A stretch of DNA of 64,000 nucleotides, from contig OX597816.1 in NCBI GenBank assembly GCA_951406725.2, positions 139,376,001 to 139,440,000 of the forward strand, in the 5' to 3' direction. Of the stretch, positions 1 to 13,992 are shown one piece after another (the stretch's first letter is position 1; each line of letters begins with the position of its first letter). A program made the position numbers and the translations under genes. Source of the DNA: Octopus vulgaris. Its lineage: Eukaryota. The notes beneath the pieces are model-generated. The model made no database searches. It worked only from the letters and a program-made list of their open reading frames with translations, and was not told the origin of the DNA.

Positions 1-866
1 GTACTCTCTGTTCGATCTTAGTTTAAGCAACAATATAATTCAACTATAAATATAATTTACCATGAATACATCATAAAATCATTATATATTTATAAAATAA
101 TATGAAAAAAAAAAGATAATATGAAAACTAAGCTTGTCTCTCTCATTGTTCATTTTACGGGTCAAAGAATATATTCTATCAAGCTATATAAGAAACAGCA
201 TAACTTGCCTGGATAATAGTTAAATACAAAGTTCAACTGTATTTGTTGTCATGTTTTCGTTATATTTTCATTTTTCCATCGTAATTCTTTCCTTTTAGCT
301 TTTTATTCTTTCTTCTATTTTGCTACTATACTCGTTAACACCATCGTTGTTCTCAACCTGCCCTATTCTTTAACTGCCTTTAGAAAAAAACATCATCAAT
401 TGTTTTCCTCAAAAAGATTTCTAATTCAACGACTGTAATGGTGTAATCATTTATTAATATTTCCGGTAATAATTATATTACACAGATGAGTGATAACTAA
501 CTCTTCCACATGTAAAACTTAGCAATATATTCTCTTCAAACCTTCGACTTTACAGCGTAAAGAACCAGGATAGTTTTATTTAATACATATCCTTTTTACT
601 TTTTGTTTTATTGTGAAACTGAAGTAGTAGCCATGATGCGAAAACTGCCTTATATAAAATATATAATTCTAGCAATAATTCATTTATCCAACAAAACAAC
701 AACAAACAAAAAATAATAAACCGAATTAAAAGATGAAATGAAAAAGAATTATGTAGAAGAACACTCATGTACCAAGAACACTGCATTTATCTATAAAGCC
801 TCATTTATCAAAACAAGTAGTGCATTTATCAAATACGTTTACACACTGACGTACATAAAGACTCAT

Positions 867-869
<3 letters not shown>

Positions 870-926
<57 letters not shown>

Positions 927-963
927 ACACGTACGCACACACACACACAAATATACATATACG

Positions 964-998
<35 letters not shown>
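870..998. repeat. (CA)n followed by (TA)n microsatellite
   Basis: Directly visible dinucleotide runs. Confidence 0.98.
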
Positions 999-1000
<2 letters not shown>

Positions 1001-1529
1001 GTACATCAAAAACAGCTTCACTTAAGAACTCTGATTCTCAGAAACCATTCATTCTGTGGAACAACTTATGATCTTTCTGTAAAGATTCTCATAACAAATT
1101 ACTTTTAATTATTGCCAAATATTCTGTCTGTTCCTGCTTTTATTTCAAATGCTTCAATACATTTCGGACAACAACACTAATAGCAACAACAATAAATGGG
1201 AGGTGATGTAAAAGAAAAAGAGAGAAAAAAATGTATATATATAAATGAAGAAAAAAGAGGGAGAGAGAGTGAAAGAGAAAGAGAGAAATGAACAGAAGTG
1301 TGGAATTAACGAGAATAAAAAGAAATAATCTTGTTGTCTTCGACTCCTGTGGAATGGTAAACTTAATCTAGGGTTTGCTTGAAACGATAAAACTTCAGTG
1401 ATAGTATTATAATTATGTTTATGATATAAGACGAGATTTAGAAGAAAATGGCGGTGGTAATTGTGAGTGCAATAGATGTATTGTTGTGACGAAGGGACAG
1501 GGGATGGAAGGATAGTTAGTATGATGATA

Positions 1530-1752
1530 GAGAAGAAGAAGAAGAAGAAGAAGAAGAAGAAGAAGAAGAAGAAGAAGAAGAAGAAGAAGAAGAAGAAGAA
1601 GAAGAAGAAGAAGAAGAAGAAGAAGAAGAAGAAGAAGAAGAAGAAGAAGAAGAAGAAGAAGAAGAAGAAGACAATGATGGTGGTGATGATGGTGATGATG
1701 ACGACGATGATGATGAAGAAGAAGAGTAAGTGAGTGAGTGAGTGAGTGAGTG
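1530..1752. repeat. (GAA)n, then (GAT)n-like and (GAGT)n compound microsatellite
   Basis: Directly visible; explains the poly-K and poly-S ORFs. Confidence 0.98.
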
Positions 1753-2309
1753 AAACGAAAGACCTATCTGATAAATACGATTAGCAGAGTAAGTGAAGTT
1801 TATCAAAACCAGCGCCATTTTGGCGCGTCTATGTTGTATAAGCAATAAATAAAAACATAACGAGAGAATATGTGTGCAACGTTGCTTCCGTAATCAGTCA
1901 TGCCTAAAGATTTGAAAGAATGATGAGGGGTTATTGAACGTATGACCGAAAAAATAGATATATGTGCTGGATAATGTATCTTATTCACCACTCGCTGCGC
2001 ATGTGCACAATAAAGTTGCTGGACATTCGCTATTTTTCGACAAGCGTCAGTTAACAATTCAGAAAATTTATTGATGCTAGTATTGATCTGCTGGTTTTTC
2101 TGCAAACTCTCTGTATTTCCAGTTGAAGGTAGGCAAATAGCAAAGATGAGGATGGAGGTCTAGCATTGAAATCGCTAAAGTGTCGTTGTGTATTTAACAG
2201 ATACCAATGTAATAACAATAAATGCCTTGGCGAATATTAACGTATGGCAGAGAAGCATTGAAATCATTCTAGTTCACGATATGTCTTTTTTGATGAATGT
2301 GATAAATAA

Positions 2310-2460
2310 CGATTTCTAGTTTAGACACAAGACAACCAATACATAGAAAAGTGTAGTCGATTACATCGACCCCCATCACTTGATTCGTTTTTATTTACCG
2401 GCCCCCGGATGAATGGAAGGCGGTGGGATTTGAACACAGCGTAAAGAGAATAACTAATAA
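2310..2460 (-). mobile_element. Old degenerate copy of SINE family A
   Basis: gtcgattacatcgacccc...gggatttgaacacag matches the better copies at 9411-9802 and 40158-40388. Confidence 0.65.
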
Positions 2461-2604
2461 CTGCACAGAGATACTCTTGCTCCTACCACTAACAATGATA
2501 GTAATGCTCTCAACGTGATCGATGGCAATGTCGTCTATGTGTGTGCGCGCACGCGTGTATGTCTGTGCGCGCACGCGTGTATGTGTGTGCGTGTGTATGT
2601 GTAT

Positions 2605-2643
<39 letters not shown>

Positions 2644-2851
2644 TGTGTGTGTGTTTACATAATGTTTGTTTTTTTATATCAAGTTATATGTAAAAACAGT
2701 TTGGCACTAAACAGGAGGATTGCTCAGTACTGTTTAGTAGAGTACATAGTTATATTTCGAGAAAATAGTTGACACTGACTTCAATACTTGCCGTAATGAG
2801 ACTGATGAGCAAAACTTCGAAGTCATTTCGAACGTTTTCTACTCAAAAGTT

Positions 2852-3160
2852 GGTGCTACTTTGGCGTGTGATCAACAAGGAAAAATACTTTAGATTACTT
2901 TTTAGTTTACGTTTCAATTTCTAAAAATCCGTAAGATGTTGGCTAAAGATTTTTACAATGTGATCAGCAACGAGTCAAAGTTAATTGCATTTTTACAAGA
3001 AACCAACACTAAATTCACATCATTTCTTAAGAAAAAGAGAGGTGCCCCTTTGGCGTGTGATCCACAATTTAAAGAGAGATTACTTTCGGTTACTTTTTAG
3101 TTTATTTTGTGTTAGTGCTACTTTCCGTGTGATTTACTTCGGTGAGTGATCTACGCGCTT
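2852..3160 (+). mobile_element. Possible internally deleted DNA transposon remnant (Merlin/IS1595-like) with repeated motifs
   Basis: ctttggcgtgtgatc...ttactttttagttta occurs near 2859 and 3048, with a third variant near 3115. Stub MLAKDFYNVISNESKLIAFLQENQ from 2936 recalls Merlin transposase N-termini. No inverted end found. Confidence 0.35.
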
Positions 3161-3394
3161 ATTTTAATTATTATATGGTTTTCTTATTATTAGAATAGAA
3201 TTTTGAAAAGATAGATTTACAATGCTAAGTATGAACAAAATAATTTTAAAAGTAGCCTAAAGTAATCTCTCTTGTCAGTGTGTAATCTCCCAGAAATCAA
3301 TGTGTGGGATTGAGAGAGAGGGGGAAGGGAATGAGTGAGAGAGAGAGAGAGTGAGGGAGTAAGTGAGTGAGAGAGAGAGAGAGAGACTTGTCAG

Positions 3395-3540
3395 TTTTGA
3401 GTTCAAATCCTACCAGTGTTGTCATTTTTGCTTTTCATAGCTAGAGGGTGCCAAAAATACGTATCGCTCAAATACTGGGATGGGTCTATAAAACTCAGCC
3501 ACTTTCCAGAGTTTGTAGTCTTCCGCCAAAATTAAAAATT
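3395..3540 (+). mobile_element. Old degenerate SINE family A fragment
   Basis: tgagttcaaatcc (B-box-like)...ttgcttttcat...aatactgggatggg aligns to the family A body. Confidence 0.5.
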
Positions 3541-4612
3541 GCTCACAAACCTTGTTTTCATGCACCATTATGCTAATGCCACCATTACCATACATGATTC
3601 AATTCAAACATTAACATGGAAACAGATTATCTATGTTGGACTGATGGAGGGGTGTCTTACCCATCCAGACGAGTTTCTCTCAGATTTTGAAACCTGAGTA
3701 TTTTAGAGGACAGTATATGGGATATTGGAACCAACATTGTTATCAAACTTTAGCAAAATAAGCTTCATACTGAAACCGAATTCCACTTATTCTGTTCGTT
3801 CAAATTTTAGTGCTGCAATACGATCACAACAATAATCTTTTTTAATCAGCTTTAGTACTTTAATCCTCTCCATACCTTTCCCTCTCCTATCTTAACCTCT
3901 TTCTTCCTGCTTCTTCTTTTCCACCTATAGTTTCACTGTCATTCTCTTCTTTCACCCACTCTCTTACACTCTATGTCCCTCTCTATTAATAAAGCATGGT
4001 TGTTTTTCCATCATATTTGTTATTCTTACATTTGTCGCTCTTGAAGCTGGTTACAAGTGAATGCGTTAATGTTTGCCTTTTGCACTTGTTGAACGTCCCT
4101 TCTCCTGTCCGGAATCAATTGATATTTGATAGCATCTCTAGATCTCAACTCACCCGTAGTTTTACTTCATCTTACCACCACTACCACCACCACCACCACC
4201 ACACCACCAACTGTGAACTAATCTAGGATGTTCTTTATTCCTATCTGTCTACACTGACTGACTTCTTATTCATGTCAAATAAACAAAAGATGCCTTATGT
4301 TTTATTTCATTTACTACTCGGTAGCCCGAGTTGTTGAGTCGATTTAGAACTAGCAACAAGCTGAGAAGAGAGTAGTTTGTAACCTTTTAACCGTTGTACA
4401 AATAGCCAAAAGATATAACACGTTAATGATACAGTCCGCTTAATTTTATATAGATCTACAGGTACCACACGTAGGGAAATCTCACCGGCACAAAGTAAAC
4501 TGGCCAAATGTTTTATTGAGCTTGTCCAGTTCAGTTCCATTTCACTCAATAGATCAGTGGTTCTCAACCGGGTTCCATATAATATTTTGTTGTTGGAATT
4601 TATCTGCAATAA

Positions 4613-4614
<2 letters not shown>

Positions 4615-4645
<31 letters not shown>

Positions 4646-4815
4646 TGTATGTATGTATGTATGTATGTATGTATGTATGTATGTATGTATGTATGTATGT
4701 ATGTATGGATGGATGGATGGATGGATGCATGCATGCATGCATGTATGTATGTATGTATGTATGTATGTATGTATGTATGTATGTATGTATGTATGTATGT
4801 ATGTATGTATGCATG
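4615..4815. repeat. (TATG)n/(GATG)n tetranucleotide microsatellite
   Basis: Directly visible. Confidence 0.98.
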
Positions 4816-5369
4816 TGTGTATCTATACAGCTTTAACATTGAACATTGATTAAAAAGAAGCCTCTACTGATGTTTTATGCATTTTCTTTTTCTTTTAAAA
4901 GTGATTCTATCTAGAAAATAAGACTTTGATCAAATTGCGAATGACACACAGGTAAACATTGAACATTCTTAGAAACAAGTTTGTACAAATAAATTGTTAT
5001 ACTTCTACAATACACAAAATATTAAAAAAAAAAATTTTTTTTAATTCAGTTCCTAATAAAATTTAATTATAAAAATATAATGGGACTTTTTAAACATTAG
5101 ATAGCTATGGAGGTCCAGTAGAGAATCAAAGGAGTCCATAGGTAAAAAAAAAAGGGGTGAGAACCAATGAAATAGATAAAATCTTGAGGTGGGTGGGTGG
5201 TCTGTGTGGTCATATCGTAATGGTAAGGAATATGCCACACCACGGTTGGAAAAGTTTAAGAGGGTCACATCAACTAGACACCCAGATACAGCATTCCGAG
5301 TTCAAATTGCACCGTGTTGTATCATCCTCTTATCTTTACGGGGTCGATCAACTAAGTACTAGTGAAGTA

Positions 5370-6678
5370 CAGGGTGGGACAGAGAGCACGGACGTTTTTG
5401 AAAAATTCACAAAATCATTAATTTTAGCTACAAACAAATTTTATTGACATCAATGTGTTCATATTGAATTAGCATTTGTCAAAATCAAGTGTGGAAAACA
5501 ACATCCGTCATCTGGTGTCTGTTTTCATTGATGCATTTCTGAAGACGTTCTTGGAAGTTTGCTCCCACTCTCTTTAGCATTGCTCAGTCGATTTGGTCGA
5601 CTACCGCGCGAATAACTTCCTTCAAATCGTCCACTGTACGGGGCTGATGCGCATGCATACGTGCCTTGAGATTTCCCCACAAGAAATAATCACATATGGA
5701 CAAATCAGGAGACCTAGAAATGAGGTGGTCACCTAAGAGAGGGCGAAGGACGTCCATTGATGCTCTGGCTATGTAGACTGTCGCCTCATCCTGCTAAAAC
5801 CACACACGTTGAATGGGCATACGTTTGCGTTGTGATTCACGCACAAAGAAGTTGTTTATCATCTCGATGTAATTAACGCTCGGAGTTCACAGTAACAGCA
5901 TTTCCATTATTGTCTTCAAAAAGCAAGGACGAATGACGGCAGTTTTTCCAAAAACACACCAGATCGTCACCTTTGGGCTGTGCAGTGGTCTTTCGTGCAG
6001 TTCTCTCAGATTTTCAAGAGTCCAATAACGACAGTTCTGTTGATTCACCATGCCATTGAGATGAAAATGAGCTTCATCACTCATTAACAAAATAAGGTTC
6101 ATTTGCCTCAGAAATTACTTCCACCCGACGTACGAAGTTAAGCCTCTCTGTATAATCCATGGTTTCAACTGTTGCCCAATAACCAATTTGCAGTCCTTCA
6201 TGCAAAATACGCTTTACCGATCGATTACCGATGTCATGTTCAGTGGCATGCCTCCCAGCAGATCGATTCGGATTCCGTATCAAAGCTTATCAGACGCGTT
6301 CTATATTTTCCGAGGTCCGTACCGTTCGTGGTGACCCCACCGGTCTGCTATTCGTTAGTGTACCTCGTGTACGAAGTGCATTCATCCAACGTAAGATTGT
6401 GTTGCGGGTGGGAACAGCCTGATTTCGGTGAACGTTGAAGTGGCGCCGAAACTCACTCTGAACTGCTGTGGCAGACCGGTTATTCTTCACGTAACTGTCG
6501 GGGGCGGACACGCGATGCTCTATCGTCCACAGCGCCATGGGTTCACCTAAACAGGAAAAAGAAAAAAAAGAGATACAAAGCCACCACGGACCGAATGGTA
6601 ACTGTCGGACATATGTCCCTCCCACTAGGGCTGAGTAACAGCCATTTCAAAAACGTCCGTTCCCTATGCCCCACCCTG
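5370..6678 (-). mobile_element. Tc1/mariner-superfamily DNA transposon (rosa/DD41D-like), decayed transposase
   Basis: TIRs cagggtgggacagagagcacggacgtttttgaaa and tttcaaaaacgtccgttccctatgccccaccctg, each flanked by TA. Minus-strand fragments MALWTIEHRV..VPTRNTILRW, SDEAHFHLNGMVNQQNCRYW..LHSPKVTIWC, F*QDEAT and SPDLSICDYFLWG, broken by stops and frameshifts. Confidence 0.92.
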
Positions 6679-7133
6679 TACAAGGTAGGGCAATATAATC
6701 GGCTATTTATTTTCAAAACATTCCTGACCTTCCGCGAAGGTAAAAAAAAAAATACAAGAAATAAGTTCACAGAGAACTGAAGAGAGCTAAAGGCTTCGAT
6801 TCTAATTTGACTTAAAACCCTTTTATCAACAATCCCAACTTGAACAGTTACTAAATAAATAAATAAAAATAAACTGCTTATGTATATGTGTAACCTTTAT
6901 TCCAAAGAGATTTCGATATTCTATTCTGCAGTTTAATTTATATGTACAGATTTATTTCTAAGAATGTTCCATGTTCACTTCTGAGTCACTTGCAATTTGC
7001 TCAAAGTTTTATTTTTTAGGTAGAACCACTTTCAGAAAAAGCAAAAGAAAATGCATAAAACGTTAATACCGGCTTCTTTTTAATCCACGTTTATTGTTAA
7101 AGCTGTTATATCATCCATCCCCTTATAGATATA

Positions 7134-8387
7134 TTAGGTTGTCAAGAAAGTTCTTGCGGTTTTTAACCTTTAAATTCAGATGCACATATCTCGACTCAAA
7201 CAAAACTTTATTAATCGAAATAAACACCATCAGAATCAACACACTTTGGCCAACGCGAATCAAGTTTACTTATGCCAGTAGCGTAAAAATTCTGCATTCT
7301 GGTGGCGATGAAGTTGAAGGCGTGCTTGGCATCGTCTTGGTTTTTTGAAGCATTTCTCACGCACGAAGTTGCCGAGATGCTTGAAAAAGTGGTAGTCGGT
7401 AGGCGAGAAGTCTGGTGAGTATAGCAGATGAGGCAGATTTTCGTATCCCAATTCGTTCAACTTCTGCAGGGTGAGTTGTGCGACGTGCGGCCGAGCATTG
7501 TCGGGGAGAAGAATTGGTCTTTTTCTATTGACCAGAGCTGGCTGTTGTTTCTTATGCATTTCATCCATTTGCTGACAGTACTTCTCCGCCGTAATGGTTT
7601 CGCCTGGATTCAAAAAGCTGTGATGGATGAGACCGGCCGCAGTCCACCAAACAATCACCATGACCTTCTTTTGGTGCAACTTTGGCTTCGGGAAGTGCTG
7701 TAGAGCTTCGTCGGCGTCCAACCACTGAGCTGAGCGTCGCCGGTTGTCGTACAGAATCCATTTTTCATCGCAAGTCACAATCCGGTCGAGAAACGGGTCG
7801 TTCTTGTTGCGTAAAAGAGGGAAAGACGACACTTCAAAACAGCTTTTTTTTTCTTTTGTCGTTCAATTCGTGCGGCACCCATTTCTCAAGTATTTTTGTT
7901 TTTCCAATCTCTTTCAAGTGGTTGGAAATTGTCGTATACGTTACGTCTAATTCAGAAGCAAGCTCTCGAACAGTTGTGCGTGGATTGGCTTCCACTAAGG
8001 CTCTTAGTTGATCGTTGTCAACATCCGATGGCCGACCACTACGCTTATCATCTTCAAGACTCTCGTCACCGCTACGAAATTTCTTGAACCACCATTGTGC
8101 TGTACGTTCATCGTTGACATCGCGAGCTGTTTCAACAGCTTTTCGGCCTAGCTTGAACTGGAATAAGAAAATTGGATGAATTTGCTTTTTGTTCATGTTG
8201 TATTCAACGTTCGGGAAAAAATGGCCTCATTATTCAGAAAGAAAAGGAGTAACACGATTAGATAGAGCGAAAAACGGACTTTAAAATGATATATATATAG
8301 TCAAAGTAATTTAACGAAAATTAATTTGAAAATACATCATTTAAAACCGAAATGAAAAATTCCGCAAGAACTTTCTTGACAACCAAA
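7134..8387 (-). mobile_element. Full-length mariner element (Hsmar1/cecropia-like, DD34D)
   Basis: TIRs ttaggttgtcaagaaagttcttgcgg and ccgcaagaactttcttgacaaccaaa, with TA at 7132-33 and 8388-89; length 1254 bp. Confidence 0.97.
7170..8196 (-). pseudogene. Mariner transposase pseudogene (frameshifted)
   Basis: ORFs 7834-8196 (RSGRP, WVPHEL) and 7266-7832 ([27 protein letters not shown]), split by a frameshift near an A-run. 3' boundary approximate. Confidence 0.93.
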
Positions 8388-8439
8388 TACATAAATACAG
8401 AGAAGCAGACTATGAGAAAGACAGAGAGACGAACATATG

Positions 8440-8652
8440 TACAGAAACACATACATGCATACATACATACATACATGAATGAATGCATACATACATATAT
8501 ACATACATACATACATACATACATGCATACATACATACATACACACATGGGGACAGACATACATATATGCATACATACATACGGACAGATAGACATATAC
8601 TATATATGTATATATATATATATATATATACACATACATATATATGTGTGTG

Positions 8653-8684
<32 letters not shown>

Positions 8685-8772
8685 TGTATGTATGTACATA
8701 TGCATGTATGTATATATATATATAAATAATAATAGTAGGGAATATATATATGCATATACATATATGCATATA
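8440..8772. repeat. (CATA)n, (TA)n and (TATG)n compound microsatellite
   Basis: Directly visible; the two halves are mutually complementary. Confidence 0.95.
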
Positions 8773-8774
8773 TA

Positions 8775-9054
<280 letters not shown>

Positions 9055-9410
9055 AGGAGGCGATTCGCTGTAACGGGTATCATGCAGAAGGAATGTAGCA
9101 GCCGTGATAGATTAAAAGTATACACATATATGCAAGGTGTGTGTGTGATTGTATGCACCTGTGAATATTGCAGTCTCTACAACGATAAATTCTTTTGATA
9201 TTTTATTTTATGTCCATAGGCTTAGCGTATATAAGCTAAATTTTGAAATGTATTATCTGGACGAAACACATGTATATCATGTCTCAAGTTTAAAAATATC
9301 ATTGAGCGTATGTGTGTAAAGACGTGCTTAATTTGATAGTATGTCGGTTGGTGGATTCTTTGAAGATTTTTTCTCTTCATATTTTCTCAAATCTAATGCT
9401 AGTAATCCAA

Positions 9411-9802
9411 TTCTACTATAGGCACAAGACCTGAAATTTGCGGGAGGGGCCTAGCCGGTTACATCGAGCCCCAGAACTTGACTGGCACTTATTTCATCGA
9501 TCCGAAATGAGGAAAGGCAAAGTTGACTTAGGCGGAATTTGAACTCAGGGCGTAGCGACAGACGAAATACCTATTTCTTTACTAACCACAAGGGGCTCAA
9601 CAAAGAGAGGACAAACAAAGACAGACAAACGGATTAAGTCGATTATATCGACCCCAGTGCGTAACTGGTATTTATTTAATCGATCCCGAAAGGATGAAAG
9701 GCAAAGTCGACCTCGGCGGAATTTGAACTCAGAACGTAACGGCAGACGAAATACAGCTAGGCATTTCGCCCGGCGTGCTAACGTTTCTGCCAACTCGCCG
9801 CC
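9411..9802 (-). mobile_element. tRNA-derived SINE family A, dimer-like copy
   Basis: Minus strand ggcggcgagttggcagaaacgttagcacgccggg...gagttcaaattcc (B box)...gcctttcatcctttcgggatcgat; more than 10 related copies in the window. Confidence 0.93.
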
Positions 9803-9884
9803 TTGAATTCAATGCTAATAACAATGTTCGACACAAGGGCTCGAAGTGATACAGAAAAAAATATATTAAAGAAACTTAAAAAGT

Positions 9885-10445
<561 letters not shown>

Positions 10446-10589
10446 GCCGTGTGCGATGTTGTATAAAGACGAATGGAGGGCGAAAGACTTCATACAATAT
10501 ATAACTGGACAAATTAACATTTATAAAACTACAAAAAATTATAATGAAATGAATAATAGAATATGACAAAACATACAATAATTATTTCC

Positions 10590-10762
10590 TATTTTGGAAC
10601 AAGGCTGGTTATTTGAGAAGTTGGGGAAGTCGAGGACATCGACTCCACTGCTCAACCAGTATCTATATTATCGAACTCGAAACGATAATAGGCAACGTAG
10701 ACCTCGGCGACATTTGAACTCTGAACATAAGCAGCCGGAATAAATGTTGCTAAGCGTTTTGG
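10590..10762 (-). mobile_element. Degenerate SINE family A copy
   Basis: gacctcggcgacatttgaactctgaacataag aligns to family A. Confidence 0.75.
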
Positions 10763-10789
10763 AAACATGATATTTATAAATAAAATTAA

Positions 10790-12450
10790 ATTCCACTTGC
10801 GTTCATCAGGTTAACCCATGTTCATGTTATTCTGCTTCCACTATATTGTTGTTCATAACAGGAAGTACCAAAATCTTACATTGGGAAATTTTGCATTACA
10901 GCTGCAGGTTATAGCCCATGGCTTCTGGATCATTGAAATATAACATTTCGTAAAGTCTACCAAAAATTTGTATGGCACGTCTGACCAATCGTGTGCGTTC
11001 CTTCCACAGAAAGCGAACAGCAGACGCTCTAGTCCGGTGGGACGTGAACTGAGGAAAAACACAACCATCGGGCAGTATATGACGGAAGCTGGGTGAGAAT
11101 GACCGCTCTGCTCTTCAGCTCATCCAAGTCCTCACCAAACTGGACCCCGAGTAACTTTAGGGATCCATATGTCCAATGTCCGATGATGCTGTAAGAGGAC
11201 GTGGACCTTCCTTCCTAGGTAAGGACGGCAGCTCACTGACATTTCAGGCTTGATTTTTGCTTCTGTCACCCATTTCGTATTCCCTTAAAACTGTATCAAA
11301 AACATCGATGTGTCTGGTATCTGATATTATCTCAGTAACCTTGTCCGCGTGTGCCAACACGGTTTTTCCAGCCCTAGCCTGCACGAGATACTTCTCAATA
11401 TGTCCCATGCATCCAACCATTGCTACGCGTATTTCTGTAGATGTTATGAGTTTATCCTGCGTTCCGACCCACCATTCGACCCAAACAATCCAGCAAAATT
11501 CTGCTGAAAGCTGTACACTTCTGCTTGGGGTTGAGTAACATGTGCCCATTATAGTCCACCAAACATTGAATTGGGAATTTCTTTCACTTTACGTCTCTTC
11601 ACCCTGGGCCCATCGAATGGCATTCATTCTGCCGTGTCTTAGAGTGCGCCTTAGCTCTAACTAAACCGCATTCGTGTTTGGCGCTGAAGGACTGGTCGAG
11701 GATCAATCTCACCGTGAGCACGTCAGTTGCTCTTCCATTCATAAGCGCTTCTTTCAAGTTACTCTCCATATTGTGAACAACCTATGCTATCCTTTTCTAC
11801 TGGCTTAGACATGATCTGGATGACACAATGTGGTTTGTCCAGGCTCACAGTGGTGCCTGTCAGACAGCTGTAAGTGTCTGGACAGGCTTCCGATGCCTTT
11901 GCACTCCCTCTCTTATTAGCTAGCAAACACAACCCAAGCATGTATCCAAATACGCGTCTCAACCAGCCATTAGCACTAAAGATTGGCTGTTCAAAGGAAA
12001 ACTTCGTGACGCCTGCAGAAATCTGGTTCCTCCACCCGTCGGAGTATAAACAGTTACTTTTCTGAAGGCATTTCCTCCGCGAATGTTCACATCCAGGACC
12101 ACCAATTTATCTTCTGAGTACAAGAAGACGAGCCGTATTGAGCGGTTGAGAGCCTTTCGAAATAACAAGTAGCTCTGCCTCTCAATATCGGTCAACTTGG
12201 GGATAGGTAGATCTCCACCGAAAATGGGCATGAAAGCTTGTGGACTGGAAATTTTTTTATCAATGATGGCTACCGCTTCTATATCAAGAGATCTTGGTGA
12301 CCCTGCTTCCATTGAGATCTCCAGGTTTTGTGCATTTACATTGCCCTTTTCTGCGTCAATTTTGTTATCTATTGCAGCGACCCAACTTCTGAAGAAGGTT
12401 CTAAAATTGTCGCTTTCAGGATGGCTACCAAATAAGGATGTCGACTCCAT
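10790..12450 (-). mobile_element. Decayed L1/Tx1-clade LINE (APE endonuclease and RT fragments); may extend to about 13250
   Basis: Minus-strand fragments LVVLDVNIRGGNAFRKVTVYTP (endonuclease-like), AHADKVTEIISD..LREYE (degenerate YADD region) and KLLGVQFG; many disablements and deletions. Confidence 0.7.
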
Positions 12451-13287
12451 CTAAAAATTTCGACTGATTCAAATTCAGCTGAACACCACATAAACCATCT
12501 TTATTTCCAGCACCATTTTATGTTTGCAATGAGGTTGAAGTTGTTGCAGGCGGACTTATTCAAGACCGCACAGGACTGAGCTATCCCAACCAGACCACCT
12601 ACAAGTGCTGACCTTTCGCGAACACTTTGGCCAAAATATTAATCTCTATATTTAGCAGTTTCATAGCTCGAAAGCTGTCTTTTTCCTCCTCATTCGTGTG
12701 TGTGTGAGGCGGGGGTGGGGCTCTCTCGGTAGTGTCTCCTCTCATAAGCTCACAACACTGGAAATTTTCCAATTACGCTGCCTGTTGCGGTATACGTCTA
12801 CCAAGAAGTCAACAAAATGTCTGATATGAATTCATAAAACTTAAATAACAGACAATCCAAACTACTTAAGCTACTCTTACTAGATTTTTCTCCCTTGTCC
12901 TCCAACAGCTAAATCAGGCAGCCACACGGTACTAACGTCTATAAAAATCTTCGATCTATCACACGCTGCACAGAGTCGACTCTAGTGCTGCTGGAAAGCC
13001 GCACATACATAACGAATAAGAATCGAGTAGCATGCATCTGTCCCAGTTCAGTAGAGAACGGATTATTGTGCTTTGGTCACGTCGCATTTGTGCCCCTCAA
13101 GTCCATCCGACAGCTATTGTTCTGTTGTCTTTAATGTAACTCTGACAACGAAGTCTTGGTGATTTGCTCAAAAAGAAAAGAAATAAACGATGATCGTTCT
13201 CACAGCCAGCACGTTGTTCGCGGTGTTTTTACTAATCGACTTCTAGATTGCTACTAAGCTCTCCTTCTAATATTTTTTCCCATCTTA

Positions 13288-13992
13288 AGGCCGCGAGCAG
13301 GCAGAAACTTGAGCACGCCGTGCGAAATTTTTAGCGGTATTTCGTCTGTCAAGTTCTGAGTTCAAATTCCGTCGAAGTCGACTTTGCCTTTCAACGTTTT
13401 GGGGTCGATAAATTAAGTACCAGTTGTGTACTGGAGTCGATGTAATCGACTGGCCCCCTGCCCCCAAATTTCGGGCTTTGTGCCTAGAGTAGAAAAGAAT
13501 ATTTTCTCTCCATCGAGGCAGCAAGCTGGCAGAATCATTAGCACGCCGGGCAAAATGCTTACCGGCATTTAATCTGGCAGATAATATTTTCTTCCCATCT
13601 TAAGGCGGCGAGCTGGCAGAAACCTTAGCATGCCGGGCGAAATGCGTAGCGATATTTCGTCTGCCGTTACGTTCTGAGTTCAAATTCCGCCGAGGTCAAC
13701 TTTGCCTTTCATCCTTTCGGGGTCGATAAATTAACTACCAGTTACGCACTGGGTCGATGTAATCGACTTAATCCGTTTGTCTGTCCTTGTTGGTCCCCTC
13801 TGTATTTAGCCCCTTGTGGGTAGTAAAGAAATAGGCATTTTATCCGACTTTATGTTCTGAGTTCAAATTCGAAGTTTACCTTTCATCCTTTCGGGGTCGA
13901 TAAAATAAGTACCAGTTGAGAACTGGGGTCGATGTAATCGACTATCCCTTCCCCCAAAGTTGCTGGCCTTGTACCAAAACTTAAAACCAATA
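13288..13992 (+). mobile_element. Tandem cluster of SINE family A copies (13288-13500, partial head 13516-13570, dimer-like 13602-13992)
   Basis: Repeated head aggcggcgagctggcaga and body gagttcaaattccgccgaggtc..cctttcatcctttcggggtcgataaa. Confidence 0.93.

Noticed and set aside
2802-2835. ctgatgag hammerhead-like start
   Set aside because: No correctly placed stem II, GAAA and NUH.
4555-4578. cagtggttctcaacc hAT-like terminus (a similar end lies near 52148-52163)
   Set aside because: No matching partner TIR or 8-bp TSD found nearby.
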